Shown here one piece after another: positions 1 to 10,995 of a DNA stretch of 64,000 nt; within the stretch, counting starts at the first letter, position 1, and each line of letters opens with the position of its first letter. Source of the stretch: Nemertoderma westbladi (lineage: Eukaryota > Animalia > Xenacoelomorpha); assembly GCA_032718475.1 (NCBI GenBank), contig JAUCBJ010008278.1:1-64000 (forward strand), in the 5' to 3' direction. Both the position numbers and the translations under genes were made by a program. A model generated the notes under the pieces. That model saw nothing but the letters and a program-made list of their open reading frames with translations, was not told the origin of the DNA and searched no databases.

Positions 1-14
1 CATATATAGCAGAT

Positions 15-1348
15 ATGACGGAGTTGATAGAAGATGGTCTTGGTATCGGGGAGCGATATACTCTACTTTTACAAGCGTTTGTTGATAGCTTAATACGCGG
101 CGACGTTAGTCCAACTGCTGCGGAGGACGATGGTCGTTATATCGAACCGCCAATGTCCCAAGAGCAGCTCACGCGTGAGTTGGACTATAGAAAATTCGCT
201 GCTCGATATACGCAGCGTAATGGTACGTATATGGGCTTCTTAACTACTGGTCATCCTATCGATTTACACAATACGGACTATGTCGATTATATATCCTGCC
301 CAGCGGAGTCGGAACCATAAACTGAAATTCGAATGCGAAAATTCTATTCGAAATCGACTCTAAAGAAAAGACTCTAAAGAAACAAATGGACGCGGTAACT
401 CCAACGTATATTTGGAATTCTTGATAGAAGCATTGTAACAACAAACAAATATCACCCGCGTTTACCCTACCAGACGTGCGTCTTTGGTATTATTACGATA
501 AACGCTCTAGACCCAGCCAATAAACGGAAAGACATAAACATCCACGGAAACGTTGTGTTAAACACCGTTGTGCTCGTTATATTTACTGGAGTTTCGAGCG
601 AAACTTGTTTGACGTATCACCTATGCTCACTCGGCTCGAACGATCCTGGAGTAAACCTACGATCAGAGTCCCGGAATACTCGGTCAAACCTCCTCATTCC
701 TTAGTTGGACCTCAGACCTGCGATCCTGGTGGTGTCGCGGATCCTCGCGGACTGTATTCACTGTTCAAAGATCTAGCGCTACCCTAACAATTAATCGGTA
801 ACACTCCGACAGTGATTTCTAGCTAGCCGCCCATCTTACCTAGCCGGATTGTGACGCGGACACCTAATATCACTATCCAACCGTATGGTCGTCCCGTTTA
901 ACGCGATACAACCCCTCATCAAGGTGAAGGAGAGCGTTGTACGAAACGAGTTAAACGCTATTCTATAAAGATCAAAAAAGAAACCTGCGTTTGTTCAGAT
1001 AAACGTAAGTTATAACAGTAAGTCCAATCGATAAACGAATTGGCCTTATCTCAATTCGATTGGGAAATCCAGAATCTCTAAGAAGTTATCGAACTTGGAC
1101 GATCCTATTCTCTGCGAGAGTTTTTGGATGAACGTATCCAGCTACGAGCGGAGGAAAATCAGCTCGAGGAGAAGCATATCGAAACGGCAGATACCTCGAC
1201 CATAAATCCTACACCTTCTGATGCAATCATATTGCACCCTTCACCCAGGAGTTATGGCCCTCCTAGTAAAGTGGCTCCCCCCAAAGAGAAAAGGACTCTT
1301 GCTAGCCTTAAGAAACTGCGTAAACGCCGTCCGCGCAAGAAAGACTAA
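15..1348 (+). pseudogene. Fragmented reading frames of unknown function (15-320, 605-787, 1124-1348), probably decayed cargo of a mobile element
   Basis: Consecutive same-strand ORF pieces separated by stops or frameshifts, ending in a basic tail (KKLRKRRPRKKD). No recognisable domain. Lies next to a segment shared with the BEL element interior. Confidence 0.3.
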
Positions 1349-1794
1349 CTGTTTAGAGTATTTTTATATTTTAGAAACTGTGATTTGTGTATATTTTATA
1401 GACTTAAATCCCATTTTCTGGGAGCGGTGTAAAAGCTTTTGTGGGATAACTGATTCGTTTGCCTTGTTGGCCAGTTCCCCCCCAGTCGCTAAGAATACTC
1501 TCAAAGTGATCTACAGCTAAAAATAGTGCAAGTTACCAGCTTATTGGCTGATTTGCTGTACGCAGGCATCTGGGCTCTGTTTAATCGGCCAACAAGCCTA
1601 GGGAGGTTGCGTCATAGCCTTGTTTTTGTATCTCCCAATAGAATTTGAGTTAGCCTTGATTTCGACCTATCACAGAGCTACTGAACTGAAAATTTCCTAT
1701 CTCACTGCTCTTTCTCTGTGTTGAACGGGAGCTTCGTGGAATAAGGGAGTTGGTATCCTCGTATAGAGCAGTAGTCACGAGTTTTTCAAAGCCA

Positions 1795-2620
1795 CGAAAG
1801 AACGGCTTTTTAGTGTTTTATGTTTTCTGCTTTTTAGCGCAACACTAGTAGGTTTAATTATAAGGACATATATCCTTTAACTGCACCTCGCATTTAACTC
1901 GCATTTGACACACCGTAGTCACGGCCTTTAATAACTGGCTTTGTGAATACTGCATACTGCTATTTGTTGTCGGTTATTCATTATATTTGTTGATGAATTA
2001 TTATATTGGAATAACGAGAAATAACCCCGACACCCAATATTCTTGATATACCGAAGGTAAGAGAGAAAGGTTACAGATAAACGATTGTGACTTATGTTAA
2101 AGTGGTTTGAAGTGAATCTAATGTTATTTGATAGACCCTACATGAGTCAGTCTGTGTTCCTTTTATATGTGACTAAAATCAGTGAAGATCGGCAGATTAG
2201 TGTGCAGTATTGTGCAGCATTGTGTATGAGTGAGTCTGTTAAAGAAGCATTCCTAAAGAATGCGCCATATATGTGAATTATAATTAAGCCATATCGTTGT
2301 GAGTAGTTTAAGTCATAACTCTGTTTATGTAGATAAAGCGCCACGTCCTAAAGGAACTGTTAATATTACCGAAGGTGAATAATATTGTCAGAGATTATAT
2401 AATACTGTCAGTCGAATAATACATTAGGCTTACATAGCAATAAAATTAAACCGTCGAACCCAATCTCCCGGGAATATCCAGCGGGTGAATGGTCGCGCAC
2501 GGATTGGTTTCGACTAGTGTAGTGAATCAAATACTTGTCATAGGCTAAAAAGCGATTTAATATCTAGAAGACATCTTAATTTGGCGGGTTAAACTGCCAA
2601 AGGTCTGAAAGCGCGAACAA
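1795..2620. repeat. Diverged direct copy of ~8290-9123 (3' end of the exonuclease-like ORF plus downstream spacer)
   Basis: Near-identical text, e.g. ORFs 2094-2276 and 8596-8790 encode almost the same peptide. Similarity stops abruptly after gcgcgaacaa (2620 / 9123). Confidence 0.9.
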
Positions 2621-3414
2621 TGTTATACTGCTAACATTTACACATAAAGTTAGCACTACAGAGGATTCAGCCAATATAGTGATGCACACATGAGACGCTA
2701 GGGGGCGCATCGCAATATACACATACACATGTCCGAGTTTGCAAAAACTTTAAAGTGCTAACAGCCAAACTGAAAGCAAATTTGGACCAATCATGGATTT
2801 AGAATTAATTTGGCAGGTTTGGTTACTACTTTAAGTTAGCACTTTAAAAAAGTTAGCAATTTAAAAAAGTTAGCACTTTACCCTAAACAGCTGCTGTGTA
2901 GTTGGACCTTTAGGGGTTCTACAAACAACCAAAAGTTTTTTTTGAAATTCTATACTGAGACAGTCTTCTATAGTTCATATGTTTGCCGCAAGGAGTCGAA
3001 TTGTCAGAAACATAAAAGTAGCTGTAATAAACAGAACCAAACATCAGATTAATCTAAAATCTGGTAGGTGTTAGCGCATTTGATAAAATGATCCAACAAT
3101 GAGTACCAAGAATACAATGAACCAGCATCCAACCAACCAAGCTACTGTATATATATTAAATTAACCGTAATAGAATGATACAGCCAATGGGAGGTAGGAT
3201 ATGTCTATAATGGCACTGAATGGTCCGGCAAGTTAATGTAGAAGTAGCTGTAATTATAGCACTATTCATTAGATTCATCCTAATGATGCATGTCCTGATC
3301 GTTGTTTAATTAGAAATCCTACACACAGACAGACTTTTATAGTTCCTTTGTCTGCCGCTAGGGGGCAAATTGCCGGTTAGCATTGCATAAATATAACAAG
3401 GAGGCAAGCTATCA

Positions 3415-4453
3415 CAGAACAGTAGTAGCTAATGGTTTTAAAGGGCTCGCGGTTTTATCATAGTCTGTTTTACTTCTCAGAGCTTCCCTGACAGCTACTT
3501 CATTAGCCTTGGAAGCGGATCGTTGCCAAGATGGCGAGAAACTGCGGTAATGGGCAGGAACTTGGGAACGTAGGGGGTGCCCATATAAAATGACCGCAGG
3601 TGACCGACCGTCTATTCTCGGGGTATTGCGTAGTTCGAGTAGGGCATGTAAAAATTCGTCAGAACCGATGTTACCATTGGTTTTGGCAACTAGATTTTTT
3701 AGGGTTTTGACTGTTACTTCAGCGAATCCGTTTGATTGGGGATAGTGTGGTGTTGATGCGATCCATGAAACGCCCCATATATTTAAGAATTCTTGGAATA
3801 ATTTGGCGCTATATTGCGGACCTCCATCCGATCGTAGACATACAGGTACTCCAGTTTGTACAAAATATTTGCGAATTTGACATCCTGGGATGTCGGAGTA
3901 TAACGCCAGCTAGTTATAAACGGAAACCCGGAGAGAAGATCAACATATGTTAAGTAATGGGAACCACCATACTGAAACAAGTCAGTGGAAACTGATTCAA
4001 ACACTCGGCTTGGTAAAGGATCCTTGATCAGTAGTTCTTTTGGGTTACTTGGTAAACGAACTTGACATTTAGTGCATAATTTCACTACAATTGTTAGATC
4101 ATTATTTATTTATTCCAGGCCAGTAAACAGCTTCTCTGGCACGTCGCTTAGTTCTCTCGATCCCTTGGTGGGAATCATGTAATCTAGCCATTACTTCTTT
4201 TCGCATAGCTTGTGGTATGATTAAACGTTTACCGAATAATATTATTCCTTCATCTGTGGTTAGTTGGTCCCAAATTTTCTTAAACATTAAAATATATTGA
4301 GAGTACTTTTCAGGGATTTGAAATCCTGATTCAATTGCATTAACTAATGCTAAAACTTAAACTAAACTAAAACTAAAATTAAAACTAAAACTAAAACTTA
4401 TCCACTGTTGAGTCTTCCTTAACAGTCGTCTACTGGAGGCATCAGGTATATTA
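3415..4453 (-). pseudogene. Ty3/Gypsy pol, integrase region (degenerate)
   Basis: RLHDSHQGIERTKRRAREAVYWPGIN...CTKC (HHCC zinc domain), VSTDLFQYGGSHYLTYVDLLSGFP (core), LLELRNTPRIDGRSPA. Contains frameshifts. Confidence 0.92.
4350..4400. repeat. (TAAAAC)n microsatellite inside Gypsy pol
   Basis: ctaaaacttaaactaaactaaaactaaaattaaaactaaaactaaaactta. Confidence 0.8.
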
Positions 4454-6061
4454 TGTTGCCGTTATCCCAACACCAGGGGGGAAAAACGCCGATGCTGGAG
4501 ACGTGACTTTACAGACCACCGAGCCCCGGCCAGTCACCGGATATTGATTGTGGAGAAGGAATGTTTTCTGAGATGCAAGTTTGCGGTTGATAAAAAGCTG
4601 CATTAGTTGGATATACTCTTTAATGTAACTTCCTATAGTTGAAACCTGTTCAACATCATTGAAACCTGAAACCTGATTAAGAATAATTTTGGGCTTCCCC
4701 AAATCAATATACACCAAATATTCACAATAATTATACACGATAATATAAATCCCTACAGTATATTATTTAATTACCCACTGTTCGCTCAGATTTTAGCCTA
4801 CCTAATGTTCCCCAGATTTTCCCTCGGTCCTAGTCTTAGTGCCGTAGTGTCGGTGTCGGTCGACCCTGTCGCGTGTCCGTTCCACCCCTCACGAACCCCG
4901 AAGGGAACGATCATCGAGAACCAGCACGGCTTGGCTAAGGGTCGGTCCAGTCGGTAGACTCTGTCGCGTATCCTTACCGCCCCTCTCGAACCCCGAAGGG
5001 ATCGGTCATCGAGAACCAGTACGGCTTAGCTAGGAGTCTGTCGTGTCGGTGGACCCGTTCGCGTGTCCGTTCCACCCCTCACGAACCCCGAAGGGTTCGA
5101 TCATCGAGAACCAGAACGGCTTGGCTAGGGGTCCGCCGGTTCATCGCAGAAACCCAACCACCTAGGCTTTCCGAGTCCCTTTCAGGCTCGTAGTCGCTTC
5201 GGCAGCCGAGAAACTGCTCCGAACAGTCGGTAGGCCAGTAGAGTCTAGTCCTTTGTCTATCGACCCCGTCGCGTGTCCGTTCCACCCCTCACGAACCCCG
5301 AAGGGAACGATCATCGAGAACCAGTACGGCTTGGCTAAGGGGTCTGTCGTCGGTTCCCGTCGCAGATCCCGGTACAAGCAGTCAGCGTTCCGAGTTCTTT
5401 TCAGTCTCGTAATAGCTGCCGTTGACCAGAGACCGCTAAGGGCAGTCCTCGTCAAACCCGTCCTGTGGCCAGCCCTTTCGCATGTCCGTCCCACCCCTCG
5501 CGAACCCCGAAGGGATCGGTCATCGAGAACCAGTACGGCTTAGCTCAGGGGGCAGTCGTTAGTTGGCCACCCGTTCGCGTGTCCGCTACACCCCTCACGA
5601 ACCCCGAAGGGTTCGATCATCGAGAACCAGAACGGCTTGGCTACTAAGGGGCCGTCGTTTCCCGTCGCAAATCCCTGACACAAGCAGTCAGCGTTCCGAG
5701 TTCTTTTCAGTCTCGTAATAACTGCTGTTGGCCAGGGACCGCTAAGGGCAGTCCTTGTCCTTTAGGCCTGGCGCATTACCAAATCCACCCCTACAGGCAG
5801 CAGGAAGTTGGCCAGGGCCTAATAGTACTCAGGCTAACCTGAATACTGCTTGCATTTTCCATCCCCCCCTGGCCCTTATAACTATGAAATTATTCCCGTA
5901 CCCTGTAAGTTCCCCCAAAGTTCGCCCATAAATCGCCCCCAGTTTATTGAATGTGCCCAAAACCCATGGTCCCGCACCCAGTAGTAATATCGGAATAATC
6001 AATTTTAATAAAATACAAAAATATTCAACTCGCGTTATGGAAAGTTGAAATACCGCGAACA
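4454..6061 (-). repeat. 3' LTR of BEL/Pao element (~1.6 kb)
   Basis: tgttgccgtt...taccgcgaaca, nearly identical to 17299-18903. Confidence 0.96.
4869..5760 (-). repeat. LTR-internal array: six ~72-bp hairpin repeats plus three ~115-bp second modules
   Basis: Repeat starts at 4869, 4964, 5059, 5269, 5478, 5575 (spacings 95, 95, 210, 209, 97). The same array is present in the 5' LTR at ~17714-18605. Confidence 0.92.
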
Positions 6062-6072
6062 GTCCCCCCCAA
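6062..6072 (-). promoter_or_regulatory. Polypurine tract (PPT)
   Basis: Minus strand reads ttgggggggac immediately before the 3' LTR TGT. Confidence 0.8.
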
Positions 6073-6354
6073 TGACCTTCGTGAAGTCTGTCGTTCGATT
6101 GAGTTTGCGTAGGTCATTCCCAATATAAAAAACCCAAATTTAATATTGCATAGTTTTAATTAATTTGGCCTAGAGTTTGTATAAAAATAAATGTTTGATA
6201 AATGTTCCTGGAATATCCCGATCCACTATTTCTTTCTCTGATACGCCTTTCGTCTCTTCGCCCGTCGACTCTCATCGATCGCTATAGCTGGTAGAGGAGC
6301 GTCCACATCCATCGTGAGTAGCGCTTCGGCTTGTCTCCTGGCGGCTCTTCCTTT

Positions 6355-7797
6355 CTATGGCATAGGGATCATGTCGGTTCGTCTTTCCAACTCAGACTTG
6401 CGTGCCTCTAGGAACCACTCTCCGTCACCGAACTCCTCTTTATACGAGTATAATCGTCTAATGACTTCAAATGGACCGAATAATCCGGCGCTCAGTAGCA
6501 GATCCACGTAATGGAAAGGTAGCGTGGCCGACGTGTGGAGGCGTTCCGGGAAGGAGAAATACCCGCACGCCATCTCCTGCGCGATATTCCAAGCGTTTCT
6601 CCGAACCTTGGTCTTTAAGTGGCTGTTTGCGTATGTTTCAAACATGACCATATTTCCCATAGCGGTTACGTCCTTGGTTGGACATTTGATATAGCAGCGG
6701 GGGCTAGAGGAATGTCCACGGAAACCGCACGTGGTGCAGAGGTTATAAAGGATCGGACAGACGGAAATGTCGTGGCCCGATGTCGCGCAGTATGGGCAAT
6801 AGAGTATCCCGAGGAGCTGGAGGCATGAATCGGTAACCCGATTCCTTCTGCCGCGTGGGCACTGCTCCGAACCACAGTCGCCGCATACCTCCAACTGCAT
6901 CTCTCGACCAGGAAATATCGGAATCGGGACGCCGACGTGATACTCGAGTCGTCGGTCGCTCTTCGGAATATTCGCGGTGGTCGGTAGCCCGCGGAATGCT
7001 AGGCTTTTGCGTAGTAGGTTCTCGCTCCGATAACCTTCTTTGTGTCCCGCTGGTCTCAACTCGGACGACCGTTTCTGGCGGTGGATCCATTCAGTTTGCT
7101 CGGCGTACCAACGGGTTAGTCGCATAGGGTCCTGAGGAACGGCGGGTGTAGTAGCCACCGCTGGTCGGCGAAGGGGTGCCGGGGTTTTAGACGGAGGGAT
7201 ACCGAGGAGATCGTCGGGTGTCGGCGCATCGCTGGGGCCCTCCTCGACCAGTATCGCTGAGCGGGTCCGTTGGTGGCTGGTACTCGGAATCTCCGACGAC
7301 CAATCTTCGCCACCCGGGAAAGGATACGGGGATAACCGTTGGCATATGTCGCCGAAGTCGCTCAATGCAGCTGTAGTGGCTACCTCCCTCGCGGGGCTAC
7401 CGGAGCCGCGTGGGGTGTAAACGCCTGCTCTCTTCATCGGTTCGGCCGAGGCAACCCGTTTGGCGGCCGGTCCATACGCGGCCTCCGGCTCGAGTTGTCG
7501 CTTCGGGGTGGAGAGTAGAACACCCTCGTTTAGCCATATCTCTTCCCCTTCCGAAGAGATCAGAGGCTCCTCCGCACCGAGAAGTTTGGTAATCGTAGGG
7601 ATGTCGTAAGGCCCGCTCTCGTCCCAGGAATCGATAACGGCGAGCGTTTTAGTCTCTCCCGGTGCGATGTTCTCGACCGCTTTGAACGCGTGGTGTATGA
7701 CCTCGTTCCAGTCGTAGTCGACGAAGGAAAGCGGGATCGCCGTAATAAGGTTATCGAGAGTTTTACAGATAAACTTAGCGACGGTGTAGCATTCCAT
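6355..7797 (-). CDS. Cargo ORF, 480 aa, with Cys-rich CCHC zinc-knuckle region
   Basis: Uninterrupted ORF. CPYCATSGHDISVC = CX2CX4HX4C, followed by CTTCGFRGHSSSPRC, with an upstream CGDC. The frame stays open past the TAG to 6226. Confidence 0.8.
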   Translation of the reverse strand: MECYTVAKFICKTLDNLITAIPLSFVDYDWNEVIHHAFKAVENIAPGETKTLAVIDSWDESGPYDIPTITKLLGAEEPLISSEGEEIWLNEGVLLSTPKRQLEPEAAYGPAAKRVASAEPMKRAGVYTPRGSGSPAREVATTAALSDFGDICQRLSPYPFPGGEDWSSEIPSTSHQRTRSAILVEEGPSDAPTPDDLLGIPPSKTPAPLRRPAVATTPAVPQDPMRLTRWYAEQTEWIHRQKRSSELRPAGHKEGYRSENLLRKSLAFRGLPTTANIPKSDRRLEYHVGVPIPIFPGREMQLEVCGDCGSEQCPRGRRNRVTDSCLQLLGILYCPYCATSGHDISVCPILYNLCTTCGFRGHSSSPRCYIKCPTKDVTAMGNMVMFETYANSHLKTKVRRNAWNIAQEMACGYFSFPERLHTSATLPFHYVDLLLSAGLFGPFEVIRRLYSYKEEFGDGEWFLEARKSELERRTDMIPMP

Positions 7798-9062
7798 AAC
7801 AACGTAAACGTAGTTCCGTCGATCGGGATTCTCCCACCTTTGGTGTATCGTCCACTTCCGATCAACGTCCTTCCATCGACCCTCTTGCTCGCTCTTTATT
7901 TCTAATCCCGGGTATCCACCGTTGTAAAAGCTTTTGCGTAATTAGCCGGTTATTTTCCCGTAAAGTACTCTGTAGTTGGTTTACCAGGCATAAAAGGGCC
8001 GTGTCCTTACTGTACTGGTGTTTTAGAGGACATAAAAGTCATTTCTTCCGTATGTGTACTTTAAAGGACATAATCCGTAATTTCGTGACGCAATAGCTAG
8101 ATACTCCTGAAAACAGTGTCGCTACCATGACGACGGCTAACAGCTGATATTGCCACGTCGAACATTTCTTTGTTTCTTTGTTCTCTCTTGTTCAGTCAAC
8201 CAATCAGAGCGTTTTATGGCTCTTGTACAGAAATTTCCTAGAAATCACGCAATGCGTTGTGGGCAGTGTTTACATTCTGTCCTAAGCCAGGAGAGAGCGG
8301 CTTTGGAATATTTTGTGCTTTTCTGTTTTAGCCTTACACTAGTAGGCTTAATTATAAGGACATATATCCGTTATCAAATCTTAACACTGCAAAACTCAAA
8401 CCAAAACATAACATACCATACCTAATCAAACAACCTGTGCATACTTTTATATTGTTATACTGCTATTTACTGTCAGTTCTTCATAATATGGTTGATGAAT
8501 TATTATATTTGGAATAACGATAAATAACCCCGAAACCCAATATTCTTGATATACCGAAGGTAAGAGAGAAAGGTTACATATAACGATTGTGACTTATGTT
8601 AAAGTGGTTTGAAGTGAATCTAATGTTATTTGATAGACCCTACATGAGTCGGTCTGTGTTCCTTTTATATGTGACTAAAATCAGTGAAGATTGGCAGATT
8701 AGTGTGCAGTATTGTGCAGCGTTGTGTATGAGTGAGACTGATAACGAAGCATTTCCTAAAGAATGCGCCATATATGTGAATTATAACTAAGCCATATCGT
8801 TGTGAGTAGTTTAAGTCATAACTCTGTTTATATAGATAGAACGCCACGTCCTAAAGGAACTGTTAATATTCCCCGAAGGTGAATAATATTGTCAGAGATT
8901 ATATAATACTGTCAGTCGAATAATACATTAGGCTTACATAGCAATAAGATTAAGCCGTCGAACCCAATCTCCCGGGTATATCCAGCGGGTGAATGATCGC
9001 GCACAGATTGGTTTCGACTAGTGTAGTGAATCAAATACTTGTCATAGGCTAAAAGCGATTTA

Positions 9063-10031
9063 TTATCTAGAAGACATCCTAATTTGGCGGGTTAAACTGC
9101 CAAAGGTCTGAAAGCGCGAACAACCGTATATTTTATTATAGTCCCGGAATTTCTGGGGTTTGAAGTCGATACCGCCGTTGAGCACAGCGAGGTAGCCGAT
9201 CCCTGATTTCGTCGGTCTCACCTCTTGGAATCCTCGCATGAACTCGGCGAATCGTAACCAGGCTAGTAGCGTTTGAGTGTCAATGCAATGGCTAAGGGCG
9301 TTGAGGTCGTCTCGTCGGTTTCTTCCTGCAGGAGCGTTTGCGTAGTCGTTCCGGACGTCCGCCTTGATATCCGACCCGATTTTAATGACGTCGAAGTCGA
9401 AGAGGATCTTTTGGATTTCTGGAGGTAGCAACCAGATCGCTCCGGCTGCCTGCACTTCCTGTCTGGGTGTCGGGAATATTCGGCACACCAGTACCAAACC
9501 GTCCAGGGTTCCGAGGACGATGACTAAGGATCGACCGTATTCTTTCGCCCCGTACTTTTCCTGGTAGTCGTCTCGGTTCTGGATAATCGATATGCGTTCC
9601 TCTCGAAGCGTCGCCGTACACTCCGACAGGTTTCCCCAGTGGGCGAGGTACGTACTCTTGTCGTCGACGAAACTTTGACATCTCGCCAACGTAATCGCTT
9701 TCGAGGTGGGCGTCGCGTTTCCCTCGTTGTCGTAGATCAAACATCGGGATCTGTAGACGCTCTGCCGGAACGTTTCCCAAAACGACGAATCGTCCCCTCC
9801 GGTTGCCTTTGCGTTCCGAGTTCTTTTCAGTCTCGTACTAGCATCGGCTAACCGGAGGGCTCGTAGATTCTTAGAATCCGGTCCCTCTCGCCCGGTGAAT
9901 TTAACGACTCGCACGTTCTCATTTAGCAGGGTGCTCCAATTTGTATCAAAGTCAGGGGATCCGGGTTGCGAATATTCCAGTAGATCTATCGTGTTACGTA
10001 ATTCGCCGATAATTTGGCGATTTGGGTCCAT
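9063..10031 (-). CDS. Cargo ORF, 322 aa, DnaQ/WRN-exo-like 3'-5' exonuclease domain (possibly C-terminally truncated)
   Basis: LIYDNEG is a candidate ExoI DxE. SLVIVLGTLDGLVLVCRIF, LPPEIQKILFDFDVIKIGSDIKADV (ExoII-like), CIDTQTL and SGIGYLA resemble the WRN/EXD pattern. No ExoIII YxxxD identified. Confidence 0.65.
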   Translation of the reverse strand: MDPNRQIIGELRNTIDLLEYSQPGSPDFDTNWSTLLNENVRVVKFTGREGPDSKNLRALRLADASTRLKRTRNAKATGGDDSSFWETFRQSVYRSRCLIYDNEGNATPTSKAITLARCQSFVDDKSTYLAHWGNLSECTATLREERISIIQNRDDYQEKYGAKEYGRSLVIVLGTLDGLVLVCRIFPTPRQEVQAAGAIWLLPPEIQKILFDFDVIKIGSDIKADVRNDYANAPAGRNRRDDLNALSHCIDTQTLLAWLRFAEFMRGFQEVRPTKSGIGYLAVLNGGIDFKPQKFRDYNKIYGCSRFQTFGSLTRQIRMSSR

Positions 10032-10579
10032 ATTTACGATTATATCCGTTACAAATTAGATCAGTTAATTATAAGTCCAGAAAGTCTGAAACTATAGCGA
10101 TAGCAGAATAATTCAGTTTTTTATTTAATTCAGTTTATTAAATAATATTGCTATATAGACATCTATCATCTTATTGCTAATACATTCAGCATTTACAGTT
10201 ACTATAGCTATACATAATATCCAACCAGTTTTTTATGACTTTTTTGTCCTTTCTTTTTTCAATTCTTTTCTTAGACTTTTTTATACCTTTTTTTTGTCTT
10301 TTTTCATTTCATTATTATTTCATCTCATTTCATTTATTTCCACATATATTTCAACACATTTAGTTCCACCATTTATTTCACATTTATTTATTTCCACATC
10401 ATCATTGGGTTTATAGCCCCCCGGCTATCATCATTTGTTATAAGCGCAGCACCAGGGTGCGCATCATTATATTTTCATCAGCATACGCGTCATCATTCAG
10501 GTTTATAGTAGAGTTGTCTGATCCTTTTCATCGTTTCCAATTATATTCAATCATTTTCTTTGGTTAATCTTTGTCGTGG

Positions 10580-10995
10580 AAGGGGTGTTACGCGGCAATC
10601 TGGGATCTACAGCTGGACTCGTTACACCGCCTACGCCCCAAACTGCGCACGTAACGGACAATGAAGACGCTGGGAGTGAAGTCACGTGGATGCACCATGG
10701 ACCCACCAGAATAACACTCCCAACAACATAAAGCTCAGTCGACGAAGTCATGTGGGATGGGGTTACGCAACATTCTGGGATCTACAGCTGGACTCGTTAC
10801 ACCGCCTACGCCCCAAAATCCACGCAACGGTCCCACCAGAATAACGCGACTGAGAAACATAAAACCCTCTATCGTCGAAGTCACGTGGATGCACCATGGA
10901 CCCACCAGAATAACGGGATAGAGGGGGTGTTGCGCGGCAATCCGGGATCTACAGCTGGACCGCCTACGCCCCGAACTGCGCACGCAACGGACAAC
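10580..10995. repeat. Imperfect triplicated repeat in the BEL 3' region
   Basis: gggatctacagctggac...ccgcctacgccc occurs three times, gaagtcacgtggatgcaccatggacccaccagaataac twice. Confidence 0.85.

Noticed and set aside
2621-3414. Gypsy 3' LTR
   Set aside because: Begins with TGT at a sharp breakpoint, but no partner LTR or clear PPT is present in the window, so boundaries cannot be supported.
5213-5229. actgctccgaac match between the LTR and the zinc-knuckle ORF (6861-6872)
   Set aside because: Only 12 contiguous nt, which is expected by chance at these sequence lengths.
4869-5760. CRISPR array, hammerhead ribozyme or SECIS interpretation of the LTR repeats
   Set aside because: Eukaryotic LTR context with no cas genes and irregular spacers. 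No CUGANGA/GAAA core. The helix is too short and lacks the apical AAR of a SECIS, and the nearby TGA at 11550 is best explained as a TGG>TGA mutation.
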